NCBI RefSeq assembly: GCF_963676685.1
Contig: NC_092350.1
Location: forward strand, 51,460,001 to 51,524,000
Direction of reading: 5' to 3'
DNA length: 64,000 nt
From: Mytilus edulis
Taxonomy: Eukaryota
Part shown: in pieces, positions 1-11,319 of the stretch
Layout of the letters: every line of letters starts with the position of its first letter
How positions within the stretch are numbered: position 1 is the first letter of the stretch
The notes under the pieces: model-generated
The model's input: only the letters and a program-made list of their open reading frames with translations
Told to the model about the DNA's origin: nothing
Database searches by the model: none
Position numbers and translations under genes: made by a program

Positions 1-1008
1 TTTCACAGTTCATCAATTTTATTATATTCTGTCAAAACATTATTCTCACTTGTTGCAGAAAAGTATTCTGTACTTTATTCACTTTCCTTGCAAAAGTACA
101 ACAAAATGTATCACAGCACTAAGATCTAACAATTACTTATGTCAAAGCATTCAGACTTCATGGAAAACAATACGCATGAACGAATTTCTTACACCGCCTC
201 TGACGTCATAGAGATAATGTTGAATAATTGCTGCTGTTTGTTTCTACACATGATCACTTTTGTTGACAGTACAAATTAAAGTACCTTTCTTGTTGTCTAA
301 AAACGACAAGCTTATGATTCTAAACGCATTGACTTCTTCCCTTAAACAATGTTGTCATGATCTCAAGTTCGGTGTTTCGTACTACTTTCTAGCTGTGCGT
401 CTGTATATTAATAAAAGCAGATATTTACCCCTAAAGTTAGGACAACACATGTATCGTGTTGGTAGTCATCCCTTTATTAAATAACTGTGAACTGAATTTC
501 AGGAGTAAGTTCGTTTTTAGTGTTGTTGTTCCACTAAACTCAACACGTTTCTTCTAATTTTGAATAACTGAAAACAAATACCTTGCTAAATCGTATTTAG
601 GTTAAAAAAAACATTTATTACAAGAAATCTTTATTACTAAATGAATTTTGTTTGCACAAAACTTAGATCACTCATATTGCTAAACACTAACATACATGAT
701 TTGAAGGTAAAATAACAAAAATACCGAAAGTTCAAAACGAAAAGTCCATAATCAAATAGAAAAAGCTCAGACATATCGTGAATAACAACTTTCATATTCG
801 TACTTGGTACAGGAATTTGTTATGTAGAAAATGTTGGATTCAGTCTAGTTTTACAGCTAAACCTCTCATTTGTATGACAGTCAAATGAAATTGAACAAAA
901 CAAACACTAGTTCACTAGTGTTTATCTGTCTTTTGATTGAGTCAAACCATTTTAAATTGATATGTTAAGTTGTGATATCACACTATTGTTTCAGATAAGG
1001 GTGAAGTA

Positions 1009-1050
1009 CGTCTGGCGTATAAAATTATAATCCTGGTACCTTTGATAATT
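1009..1050 (+). mobile_element. Short retrozyme family A 3'-end fragment
   Basis: cgtctggcgtataaaattataatcctggtacctttgataa is close to the reverse complement of 9790-9829. Flanked by agtac on both sides. Confidence 0.75.
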
Positions 1051-1156
1051 TTTTTAGTACCTATTAAAGCGTTTAAAACCGCTGCATTTGTTTGCACCTG
1101 CCTAAGTCAAAAATCAAATGTTCAGTAGTTTGTTGATGTGGTGCATTAGTGTTTCA

Positions 1157-1202
1157 CGTCTTTCGTACTAAATTATAATCCTGGTACCTTTGATGACTAT
1201 TT
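1157..1202 (+). mobile_element. Second short retrozyme family A 3'-end fragment
   Basis: cgtctttcgtactaaattataatcctggtacctttgatgactat, same end points as 1009-1050. Confidence 0.7.
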
Positions 1203-2421
1203 TATATAGATTTAACCATTGGTTTTCCTTGTTTAATGGTTACACACAAGTCATTTGACCTGAGATAAATTATATGCAAAGTTGCTGTCAATAGTTCGCA
1301 AACTGTTTATTCCTAGTTCTAAAATTCCTTTACAAAAATTAAATAGAAGATATGTCTTTCCTATATCAAATGCATACATTTCCTAATGGGTAATATCCTC
1401 TTTGCAATATACAAACAGATTTACAACAAAACCACGTGTTTTTGAAGGTTTGAAGCTACACGATACTGCATTAAATGAATGGTCACCATGAAATTAGAGA
1501 TTTAAGATTGACTGTAATATTTTTATGTGGGGTTTTTAATCAGACAAGCCTCTTGCAAATATCACGTAGAAGCAAGTTTGATAGGACTTTTAATTCAAAA
1601 CAAATTATGTTTGGCACCTCACTTTATAAAATACAAATTGATGACCTTTTATTCATGCCAATGACTACCATTCCTAATTCAAGTATTGTCAATGGATTGA
1701 ATATTCACCGTGTCACCCTTTTGTAACAGATTATTTTGAATCGTAGATTGTGGCACTTTGTAAGGGCTTTTACGTCCAAATATTAAAATGTACGTATCTC
1801 ACATTGTGCTGACATGGTAGCCTATAATGCACTATTATAAAGGTGTTATACCAATAAAGTATAGTATGCCACATCCATTTACGTATGGAAAGAGTCGAAA
1901 CAAAATATTATCTTAAATTTGACAGTTGTAGCAAACTTATCCTACATTTTACATGTTTTATTGCAGTAAAAAAAAATCTGGGTGTTTATTAGCACCATTA
2001 TTATTATTTTTTGGCGTTTCTTTAAAATATTTTGGAAACTGGAAGTTGCATGGTTACTTTTCTAAAATGCCATGAAACGTATGTGAAATTTTATCTATAG
2101 TACTGGACATGATAAACTTTACAAAAACCAAATATTTCTTATTTGAAACAAAGATAAATTCTGCATATTTTATTGAAAAAGGTAAAAAAAAAAATGACTG
2201 ATAGGGGATATCGATGGGGGTATTACACCTTGAGAGATTTCTTATGCCAATTTCAGGTTTTTGAAATAGATCAATTTACGAAAGTTTGGTCCTTTATATA
2301 TATATTGATATAGTAGAAATGTATGGTCGAGTTTTCCCAAACGTAAATATTGTTCATTAATACAATCGACCTAAATGGATTTAAACAAAAAACGAATTTC
2401 GTAACAAACTTTTATATAGTA

Positions 2422-2720
2422 TTATTTTTTCGATAATTCAAATGGTGCACATGGATTTGTCTTAACTATTCGTTTTTTTATTTCTTTCAGCAGGTCTTTC
2501 AGAACTTGAAAGTTGTCGACTGCAAATAAGTGATCAGGTTTAGGTTGACTGACATACGATGTAAGTTCGGCCTTGCCATTATCCGAATGTCCACCAATCA
2601 TTAATCCAAACACAGTTGCTTTTTCTTTCAACATAGGTAATACTGATGAAACAGGTCTTCCGCAGTTTGATTGTCCATCAGTAAGAATTAACACTTCATG
2701 TTTGGTACCTTGACGCATGC
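2422..2720 (-). CDS. Secreted TSP1 + vWA domain protein, exon 3 (C-terminal half of vWA, stop)
   Basis: Acceptor tttcag| at 2721/2720, in frame (G+GC = Gly). vWA motifs GMR..VLILTDGQSN, TVFGLMIG and HLFAVDNF. TAA stop at 2422. Confidence 0.92.
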
Positions 2721-3253
2721 CTGAAATGCCAAAACACCAAAATATATTACTTACATTACATTAAACATCAAATGATGAATAAATTAATAGAAAAACATTT
2801 CAAGAGACTGTGGTTAAGGTTAAACACGCATGAAAAACATGTTAAATTAACATTTAACGCCAAGCATATTTTACATGTAAAACTCTAGAGAACAAGTTAT
2901 ACCATAATAAAAACATAATTGCCAAATATATAAGGAAATTTTAACAGTAATAATATTATATTATAATAATAATGGATATTTTATAATAATAATGGATATA
3001 TTTTTTTGTCATTTTTATTTAGTCTTGGAGTTATATGTTTTCTCCCTCTTACATGACTTATGATGTTATCGACTCAAAACCATTTTTCTCTATTATTTGA
3101 GAAATTAATGCTTCTTTTTGTAAATTCATTAGTGTGTAAAAGCGTTGACCGAACTACATCTTGTATGAAGCGCCTCCCGCTTCATTCTACAAATGTACGC
3201 ACGGTCAACGCTTTTACAACCCTAGGAAATTACTCTCAGAAGCAATCAATACT

Positions 3254-3620
3254 ATACAATTACTGTCTTTTGATGAGGTAAATATGTAGTTTTATTGATT
3301 TTAGAAAAATAAATTATATGCACTGAGGCCAATGGCCGAAGTGAATATCAGTTTTTAAAAGTCAATTGAAACACACATTTACCGAAACAAAAGACAGTAT
3401 TGGTTTTATTCATTATTCCGAGAAAAATGTATGTATTGGAAATTATTTACCAAAACCAATTGTACATCAAACGTTTTTTACCCAAATTTATGCATGTAAA
3501 AGCACGCGACGTTTTGCGCGGTTAATATTCTTTTTCCGCAGATAATTATGCTTATATATTCACAATCCTATTCATAATAAAAAAAAAAGAAACTACTAAC
3601 ATTATATCAATATGGAATAA
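3254..3620. mobile_element. Hairpin-ended non-autonomous element in intron 2 of the vWA gene
   Basis: Reverse complement of 48860-49225, with a subterminal palindrome around cactgaggcc..ggccgaagtg. Confidence 0.7.
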
Positions 3621-3828
3621 TTATATTTACATTTTTTTCTTTATGATCAAGAAAACACGATAACAATCAAGTTTTTCTATATTTGCCTGTGCACTTTTTT
3701 TTAAAACATTATGCCATTATGTATAGTTCATTTTGAAATGAAGAATGACGCGAGATTTATGATAGCCTAAATAACGTATGATACTGAAACATACATAATG
3801 TAATTATTAACATATCAAATAATCATAC

Positions 3829-4266
3829 CTTTGGATGATGTAAACATTTGTATGGCCTTATAAAAGGCATCACCGGTACAAGTACTTCCTCCTTGATATG
3901 GTACTGACTGTATTGCTGCCTTGAGCTCAGCTAGATTATGATTGTCATTAAAATCAAATTCTTCAACCACATTATTAGAATACTGAATCAGCGCCGCTCG
4001 GTTATAAACAGTACGTTTATTTGAAATAAAGGGATCTGTAGATGGGCACAACAGACCTAAAAGTTCACTTAATTGCTCTTTTACTATTTTAAAGTTACGA
4101 GAATTTATACTGCCAGACGAATCAAGAATGATCAATAAATCTCTGAAATCACCTGGCACCTTTGCTTTAACAGTTCCTGGTGAAGACGATGGATTTCTCA
4201 TCAATTTTTTCTGCAGAAAACTGGTAATTACTGTATTTGCTGTTGATTGAATCGTTGGTTTCCTTG
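3829..4266 (-). CDS. Secreted TSP1 + vWA domain protein, exon 2 (linker + N-terminal half of vWA)
   Basis: Acceptor tttattgcag| at 4267/4266 joins in frame to exon 1. vWA motifs DLLIILDSSGS (MIDAS DxSxS), RAALIQYS and GGSTCTGDA. Phase-1 donor G|GTATG at 3829/3828. Confidence 0.92.
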
Positions 4267-5059
4267 CTGCAATAAATATTTATTATAATGAAAAAGTCAT
4301 ATTAATTTATAGCTTGAACTTATATGATACTGTTCATAGGCCCGATACATTTCATATTTGTGTTTATCATATAATCTTAATAAAAAAAGTATTTCCTCGA
4401 AGAAGAAATCTGTCTTATTATAACAAATTAAGTTATATTAAGAAAGGCATACATTTGTAATTTAAAAGGACATACTGTAGCCTGAATATCGAAACAAGTC
4501 AAAAATCAATAAAAAAAAACTGCTTTAAGTTTATAGGCGTGTATAGCGTGTAAAACATTGACATACGGTTTTTTTCGTTTTTTTTTTAGGAATTAAGAAT
4601 AAATGGAGAAATCAATTCAATATTGGATTACCAAGCGGTTGTTCCAGAATATCAAAAGCATAGAAAATATTAATGAACAAAACATGTTATTTCATTTAAT
4701 GAAATGAACTTAACTTCTGGATAATTTTAATTCAAATCTCGGTCTTTTTCTGAAATTAGTTTTATCAAAACTTTTGTTTTTTTCAACCCTGTATACCACC
4801 ATTCCCCATGTGAAATTATAATTTTGAAAATGCTTTGAACAACAAAATTATTTTATATTTCTTCCTGTGTGTTGTTTACATTATGACGTCAAACACGCGA
4901 CTCATTAGAGTTGATGTGAACCTTGCCATTCAGTCACAGGACTTCAAATACTTCAAATATTTATGGGTTGATTTAAAATACATATATACGTAAGCAATGA
5001 ATGTGTTTGTTTAATTTTATAGATGGTTTTTGTGCTTCTATGTTAAATATTTGTTTGTT

Positions 5060-5380
5060 TTGTTCTAATTGAGATTGTGACACAGTGCTGACTGCTGTAC
5101 CCCTATTTTGACACTTTTACCTATTATGTCTGGTTTGTTCACGCATCGTTGTAAATATTATGGAATTTAATGCGACTGTCATACAAGTGAGAGGTTTAGC
5201 GTTATAAAACCAGGTTCAATCCACCATTTTCTATATTTGAAAATGCCTGTACAAAGTCAGGAATATGACAGTTATTGTTCATTCGTTTGATAAGCCTGTA
5301 TCATTTGATTTTGCCAATTGATTAGAGACTTTCCGTTTTGAATTTTCCACGGAGTTCAATATTTTTTTGATTTTACTTTT
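5060..5380 (+). repeat. High-copy interspersed SINE-like repeat (inverse copies at about 710-900, 22340-22620, 33570-33850)
   Basis: Shared blocks aaaaccaggttcaatccacc...aagtcaggaatatgacag...ttttgccaattgattagagactttccgttttgaattt. Confidence 0.65.
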
Positions 5381-5535
5381 TGTTATTTATTATTGTAAAA
5401 ATGTATCACTTTAACATACATGAACGATTTATTTTTTTATTTTTGAAAAGACATACATGTTTGTATATATTTTCGATAATTCGTAGCAATTTAAAGTTCA
5501 TTATCACCATGTCCTTACAAATAAACGTAACTTAC

Positions 5536-5761
5536 ATGTGTACTCAGTTATGTCCGTATCAGTTGGACAGGGTTTGCCACCATTGTCGGGATACCTAAGA
5601 ATTACCCTTTCTTTAGATCGTGCTCCAAATCCATATACCTCGCTCCACTCGCTCCATTGCGATAGTTGACAATCAACTTTTTCTTTTGTAAATAGAAAAC
5701 AGTGATTTGAACCAATCATAAACACCAAAACTATAACTAACAGATCAATACGACCCACCAT
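5536..5761 (-). CDS. Secreted TSP1 + vWA domain protein, exon 1 (signal peptide + TSP1/spondin-like repeat)
   Basis: ATG at 5761 and a hydrophobic leader (MVGRIDLLVIVLVFMIGSNHC). TSP1 pattern DCQLSQWSEWSE...RSKERVILRYPDNGGKPCP. Phase-1 donor T|GTAAG at 5536/5535. join(5536..5761,3829..4266,2422..2720) = 963 nt, open, 320 aa. Confidence 0.9.
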
Positions 5762-6793
5762 GGTGTCTCTGTATGATACTTTACCAATGTTACACCAAAA
5801 ACAAAGCTTTGTTTATGTTAACTAAAATTTCCTGATACAATTAATGCTTACGACACTTATTAGAAAAAATATCTTTCTACACCAATCCAATTTCCAAGAA
5901 CCTTATATAGCCTAATAAAGACTACTATTTTGAGGAAATAAACAATTTGACAAATAGGATTTTTTTTCTACTGCGTGAGTAGTGGTATTGAGAGGGATCG
6001 AAAGCTACAAAACCAACAAATACCACAAATAGGAACAACACGTAGACTGATGTAATGAAAAGCCACCAACAGGAACTAAATTAAATGACGTAACGAAATC
6101 TACAAATAAAAACCACATGACATAATATACATATGTCACATGACACCTATCAAATGATACGTTGAAAAATGAGGCATTTTATTTAATATAAACATTTGCA
6201 TTAACATTTGCATTTAAATTGTTTGTGCAGTGCAAGACTGAAATCAAAGAGAGTAAAAAAAAAATTTTATAACGGAACGATTTAGAAGAGATAAGAAGAT
6301 GCCAAACCATTGAATATATAATTGTACTCAAAGAATACTAGATAATAGGATATTTGATAGAGTATGGAAATACATTAAAATTCACATTTTAATGCGTTTC
6401 ACGATCCTTATGAAAGTCGGAATGACCTTAAATTTAAGAATTAAAAAAACCACTCCAATCCAGACTCATTGATTATCTGATGAACAGATACCTTTGAGAC
6501 ATTGTTGTGTTATATCTATGTCCCCGTACTCAACAGTTTATAAAAATTACAACCTACATTTTTACTTTGACAGGTAAATCATGTTTGAGCCTTAATTACA
6601 TCGAGTTCGGAGCATTCTACAATGTTCTAGTCAAACCTTTGAAGGATATCTTATGCTTGATATATACTTTATAGGTTAATATTTTGCGTAAGTGATTACT
6701 TTTTCCGTCTTGTTAATCTTATTCAATGTCCAGAATAAAATAAAGTATTTGCCACTGAACATAAAACGAATAGCCAACAATTCTAATATGTAA

Positions 6794-7064
6794 GGTGGTA
6801 CCCAACTCCTTCACTCAAATTAAATTGGCTCGTTTAATTTTCATTAAACTTTGACAAAGTATTTACGTTGACCCTGTTACAAAAATATAAAAAATTCAAA
6901 AAATTTGAACCAACCATTTTATCAGAAAAATTACACTGGTTATATTGTAGTTTGACAAACACTAATTTTGATCTTTTAAGCTTAATATTTCCTTATCAAC
7001 ACAACGTAATTAAAACCTTTAGCTGATTTTACAGAGTTATCTCCCTGTAGTGTTATGTACCACC
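6794..7064. mobile_element. TTAA-flanked MITE (Kolobok-like), family K1
   Basis: TIR GGTGGTAC..GTACCACC, flanks GTAA/TTAA. Further copies at 7896 and 36580. Confidence 0.8.
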
Positions 7065-7068
7065 TTAA

Positions 7069-7406
7069 GGATGTTTGCTCCTCTATTTTTTTTTAATTTT
7101 TGTCAGATTTTTTGGAACCCTCTGGTTTAATCCATGTATTGCCATTACAATATTTTGCCCACTGACCCCTACTTTTCTTTTCATAATTTTATTGTATAAA
7201 GTTTAAAAATCCGTATTTCAAAATCTTAGATAATTCTTGTTATTTTTTCATAGTTTTTGAAACAAAAAAGGTGCCAATGTTAAATGTAAGAAAAATCTAG
7301 AGAGAATTAATTCCCGCCAAATTTTCAAAGGCTTGTATCTTGAAATACTTTCCATTCATAACAGTCTTTTAAAAAGCTTGGTTTTTTAACAGAGTAGCGA
7401 ACATCC
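7069..7406. mobile_element. TTAA-flanked MITE (Kolobok-like), family K2
   Basis: TTAA|GGATGTTTGCT...AGCGAACATCC|TTAA. Shares its left TTAA with the K1 copy. Confidence 0.8.
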
Positions 7407-7895
7407 TTAAAGATTCCGGAAGATGTAAAACTTGATACCATATATATGATATGTAAAGAATGTATCTTGCTTTGTAGTCTTTTTTATAGTTATCTCGTCA
7501 TTTAGATGCTGTTCCATTGCATCAAACCGCCTTTATTTCATACAATAAGGCTATCACACGCTAATTCCAATATGTAAATGATCGACACTATCGCCGTATA
7601 GAAATCCCCTTAAGATTGAAAGTAACTGAATTTAAACAATTGTGTGTTTGGAACATTGCAGTATAGTTGAATTCTTACAAAGAAAACGAGGTCATCAAAG
7701 AATCATTTTATTTTACTATATTGATACTTATATACTAAAATAGAGGCTAAAGATACAAGAGGGACATTCAAACTCACCAGTCGAAAAATAAACTGGCTAA
7801 AACATGGCTTAAAAGGGGAACTAACCAAAAGACAACATTAGTACACGAAATACAATATAAAAAAACTAAAGACCAACACGAAAGAATTGTATTAA

Positions 7896-8172
7896 GATGG
7901 TACCCAACACTTTAACTAAAATTACTTTGGCTCGTTTAATTTTTTTTAAATTTTGACAAAGTATTTACTTTGACCCTTTTACAAAATTATAAGAATTTCA
8001 AAAAATTTTAACCAACCGTTTTATCAGAAAAATTACACTGGTTATATAGCAGTTTGACAAACACTTATTTTGATCATTGAGAAGCTTAATATTCCCTTAA
8101 TATACAACACAACGTAATTAAAACGTTTAGCTGATTTTACAGAGTTATCTCCCTGTAGTGTTAGGTACCACC
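7896..8172. mobile_element. TTAA-flanked MITE family K1, copy 2
   Basis: TTAA|GATGGTACCCAACAC...GTGTTAGGTACCACC|TTAA, colinear with 6794-7064. Confidence 0.85.
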
Positions 8173-9464
8173 TTAAACAGATTTTATCAACATACATTAA
8201 TCTCGAAGGTAAAGTCAGGCCTTCAATAAGGAACAAACATTATTGTATCACTGCACGTTTAAGAATACCACTGGAAAGTTGTTATACGATCATGTTTATA
8301 AAAGTACAAAAGTCATTGCGTTTCGTATATTAAGTGCAATACGAATGGCATTGATTTATCATATAACACGAGGTTAAGTAATGAGAAATTATATCATAGT
8401 TTTATTTTAACATGCTATTTACAATGTTTGGTGATCTGTTATTCACACGACGTAATGTGTGTGGTTATTCGTGGAACTTATTAACATAATTTTGTATAAT
8501 GCATGTGGGCGGTGATATGTCCGCGAATGTTCATCAACAACATATATAATATCCAAGTCATTAGGACAGAACAAGACAATGAAATGTGACAAAATGTTCG
8601 GCACAAAGCATATCATTCCATAGTATGCATTATTGATGATACATTCAATTCAACTATTATAATTCAATAAACCATGTATATTCAACTGAACAAAGTCGCA
8701 GATGGTATAATATTTGACATTCCGTCTGTCTACCAGCTTTGTGCTTTCATTTTAAGCGGATTATCTTCAGATTTGATTTAATGTTACATCTCACCTACAC
8801 TACGGATAAAGTCTATAATCGCATAATCTGAAATATAAAACCAATTTTGCGAGGGGACTGGTAATAATATATCATAGCTATTACTGAATACTAAAATACA
8901 ATACCGCGATAGCGTCTCAGTTTATAATCGTATGTTTTTCTCTAATTTGAAATTATACTTCTGCTTACCATAACTATATAAGAGGAGGTTGAATATCAAA
9001 ATAATATGATAGAAGGTCCACTTTTGCCAGAAGGGATTAAAAAAAATATCCAATAACAATTCTGGTCGCTTGGATTGCATTTGTTATCATATCCTTTTCG
9101 GAGTACAAAGGTTTGGTATCTTTTACCAGTATTCGAAAATCAAAAAGTATTATTATTCTATCGAAAAAATCCGTAATATGTGCATTTGATATTAGTCTGA
9201 GATATATATATATATATTAGTATTTATAATTTAGACTTTTGTCCTAGATATGTGCATGCAATCTTTAAATTTTAGTGCAAACTTGATGAAAACGACAGAA
9301 TTGGACTCCTTTTGATATCTTTTCATAATCATCATATTTTTTCGTCACGACTTTACCGAAAAAGACTGTTTTCTACAAAATGTTTGTGGTGAAATTGTCA
9401 ATATATGCATGGTAAATGGACTAAGTAGTTATCAAAGGTACATGTACCAGGATTATAATTTAAT

Positions 9465-9508
9465 ACGCCGGACGCGCCTTTCGTCTACATAAGACTCATC
9501 AGTGACGA
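9465..9508 (-). ncRNA. Type I hammerhead ribozyme motif (copy 1; stem I and stem III mismatches)
   Basis: CGTCA CTGATGA GTCT-TATGT-AGAC GAAA GGCGCG TC CGGCGT. Catalytic boxes intact, but GAAAC>GAAAG and the first stem I pair is mismatched. Confidence 0.85.
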
Positions 9509-9819
9509 TCAACTCAAAACAGTTATAAAGCCAAGCAAGTACAAAATTAAAGAGCATTGAGGACCCAAAATTCCAAAAAGTTGTGCAAATACAGCTAAAG
9601 TAATCTATTCCTGGGATAAGAAAATCCTTAGTTTTTCGAAAATTTCAAAAGTTTTGTAACAGATAATTTATAAAAAATGACCATATAATTGATATTCATG
9701 TCAACACCGAAGTGCTGACTACTAGGCTGGTGATACCATCGCGGACGAAACGTCCACCAGCAATGACATCGACCCAGTGGTGTAAATAGTTATCAAAGGT
9801 ACCAGGATTATAATTTAAT

Positions 9820-9865
9820 ACGCCAGACGCGCGTTTCGTCTACAGAAGACTCATCATTGAGACTC
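9820..9865 (-). ncRNA. Type I hammerhead ribozyme motif (copy 2; C3>A core change)
   Basis: TCTCA ATGATGA GTCT-TCTGT-AGAC GAAA CGCGCG TC TGGCGT, with palindromic stem III ACGCGCGT. Confidence 0.8.
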
Positions 9866-10891
9866 AGATAAAAAAAGTTATAAAGCCAAACAAGTACAAA
9901 GTTTAAGAGCATTGAGGATCCTAAACTCCAAAAGATTTGTGCCAAATACAGCTAAAGTAATCTATTTCGTGGGATAAGAAATTCCTAAGTTTTTCGCAAA
10001 TTTCAAAAGTTTTGTAACAGAAAATTTAAAAATGACCATGCAATTGATATTCATGTCAACACCGAAGTGCTGACTACTGGGCTGGTGATACCCTCGGAGA
10101 CAAACGTCCACCAGTAGTGGCCTTGTGTCATATCTAAACAGACGAAATATGGGTCTCATGGCCATTTATGGTCAAGTATATATGTTTTTCCATTTTTACC
10201 ACGTCAAAATGCTATAACAAATCAACTTTCTGCACAAACGGTGTCCAAACGAGTGACAAAAGATACCAGCCTCACTAATTAGTCAAAAGGAAACTCAAAC
10301 GCATTGGCCAAAAATGTCAAATTATATAATAATTTTCATTTACATAGAGTGCATTTCTTTCTAACCAAAAATTTGTAAACGTTGTGTGGCGTTTGTTGTT
10401 GTTTTCTAAAAGCTAGAAAAGTGGAAACACATACATCCTTTAATCAGTGTTTACTGACCCTGTTTGAAATTTCAATAATGCATGCACATGTTGTTTGTAA
10501 ACAGACTTTTCTACACAGCTAACGTAGAAACAAATACATCGTTTCATCAGGTTGAAGTTAGAAACAAATGTAGCGTTTGTACTACCAAACGATGAACGAC
10601 AAACTGTAGACGCATTTCTAGCAAACTGTAAACTTTGCAAACGTAGGTTAGAAACAAATGATCAAAACAAAGAAATGCACCCATAATTTGGTGTTATGTG
10701 ACATAAGTTATTACTTTGTTAAACATTATGTTATAAAAATATGTTAAAGCTATTCAAAGAATTTATTATATTTTATTTACAAATTATTGTAAAACTAACT
10801 TGTTCCAGAACAGTTTTTTTTAAATAAATTCCTTGCAAAAGTAAAAATAAATGTTTCATAGCACTGATCTCAAAGTTACTTTGTAAAATAT

Positions 10892-11319
10892 TCAAACTTT
10901 TTGTATAAATATTCCCATGAATGAACTTCTAACACCGCCTGAGCCGTCATAGAGAAAATTGTCTGCATAATGGTTTTCGGTTTGAATCCAAACATGATCC
11001 CCCTTGTTGACAGAACAAAGTACAGTTCTTGTAGTTCCAAAATGGCCAGCTCCTGAACCTAAATTCGTAAACTGCTTTCCTTTAACAATGTTGTCGACTC
11101 TCAGTTCGGTCTGTACTGCTTTCGAAGTGTAAGTCTGAATGGTCCAAATAAATAGGTATACTCCTGGGATTGGGGCAACAAATATTCCGTCTCCTGTGTT
11201 AAAGTTATTGCCTTCGTCAATAAACTGAGTGTCGAACTTTACAATAGAGTAGAGATTTAGATGTCTGCTTCCACTTAATTCAACATAAAAAATCGGGCGT
11301 TTCATTTCATTTTGAACTC
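10892..11319 (-). CDS. Secreted C1q-domain-containing protein (C1qDC), exon 2 (globular C1q domain)
   Basis: Acceptor tttttatag| at 11320/11319, in frame. gC1q motifs IVKFD..F.DEGNNFNTGDGIFVAPIPGVYLF, VNKGDHVWI and SSFMGIFI. TGA stop. Confidence 0.93.

Larger units (their letters stand above)
9426..10121 (-). mobile_element. Non-LTR retrozyme (family A), tandem of two ~360-nt units, each with a type I hammerhead
   Basis: Direct repeat (tagttatcaaaggtac at 9426 and 9787), non-coding. Each unit carries a minimal hammerhead on the minus strand. Matches the known architecture of metazoan non-LTR retrozymes. Confidence 0.88.

Noticed and set aside
9726-9760. Plus-strand CTGGTGA...GAAACGTC resembling an antisense hammerhead
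   Set aside because: The core is CUGGUGA, there is no room for stem III, and family B lacks GAAA here. Treated as part of the pseudoknot-like motif.
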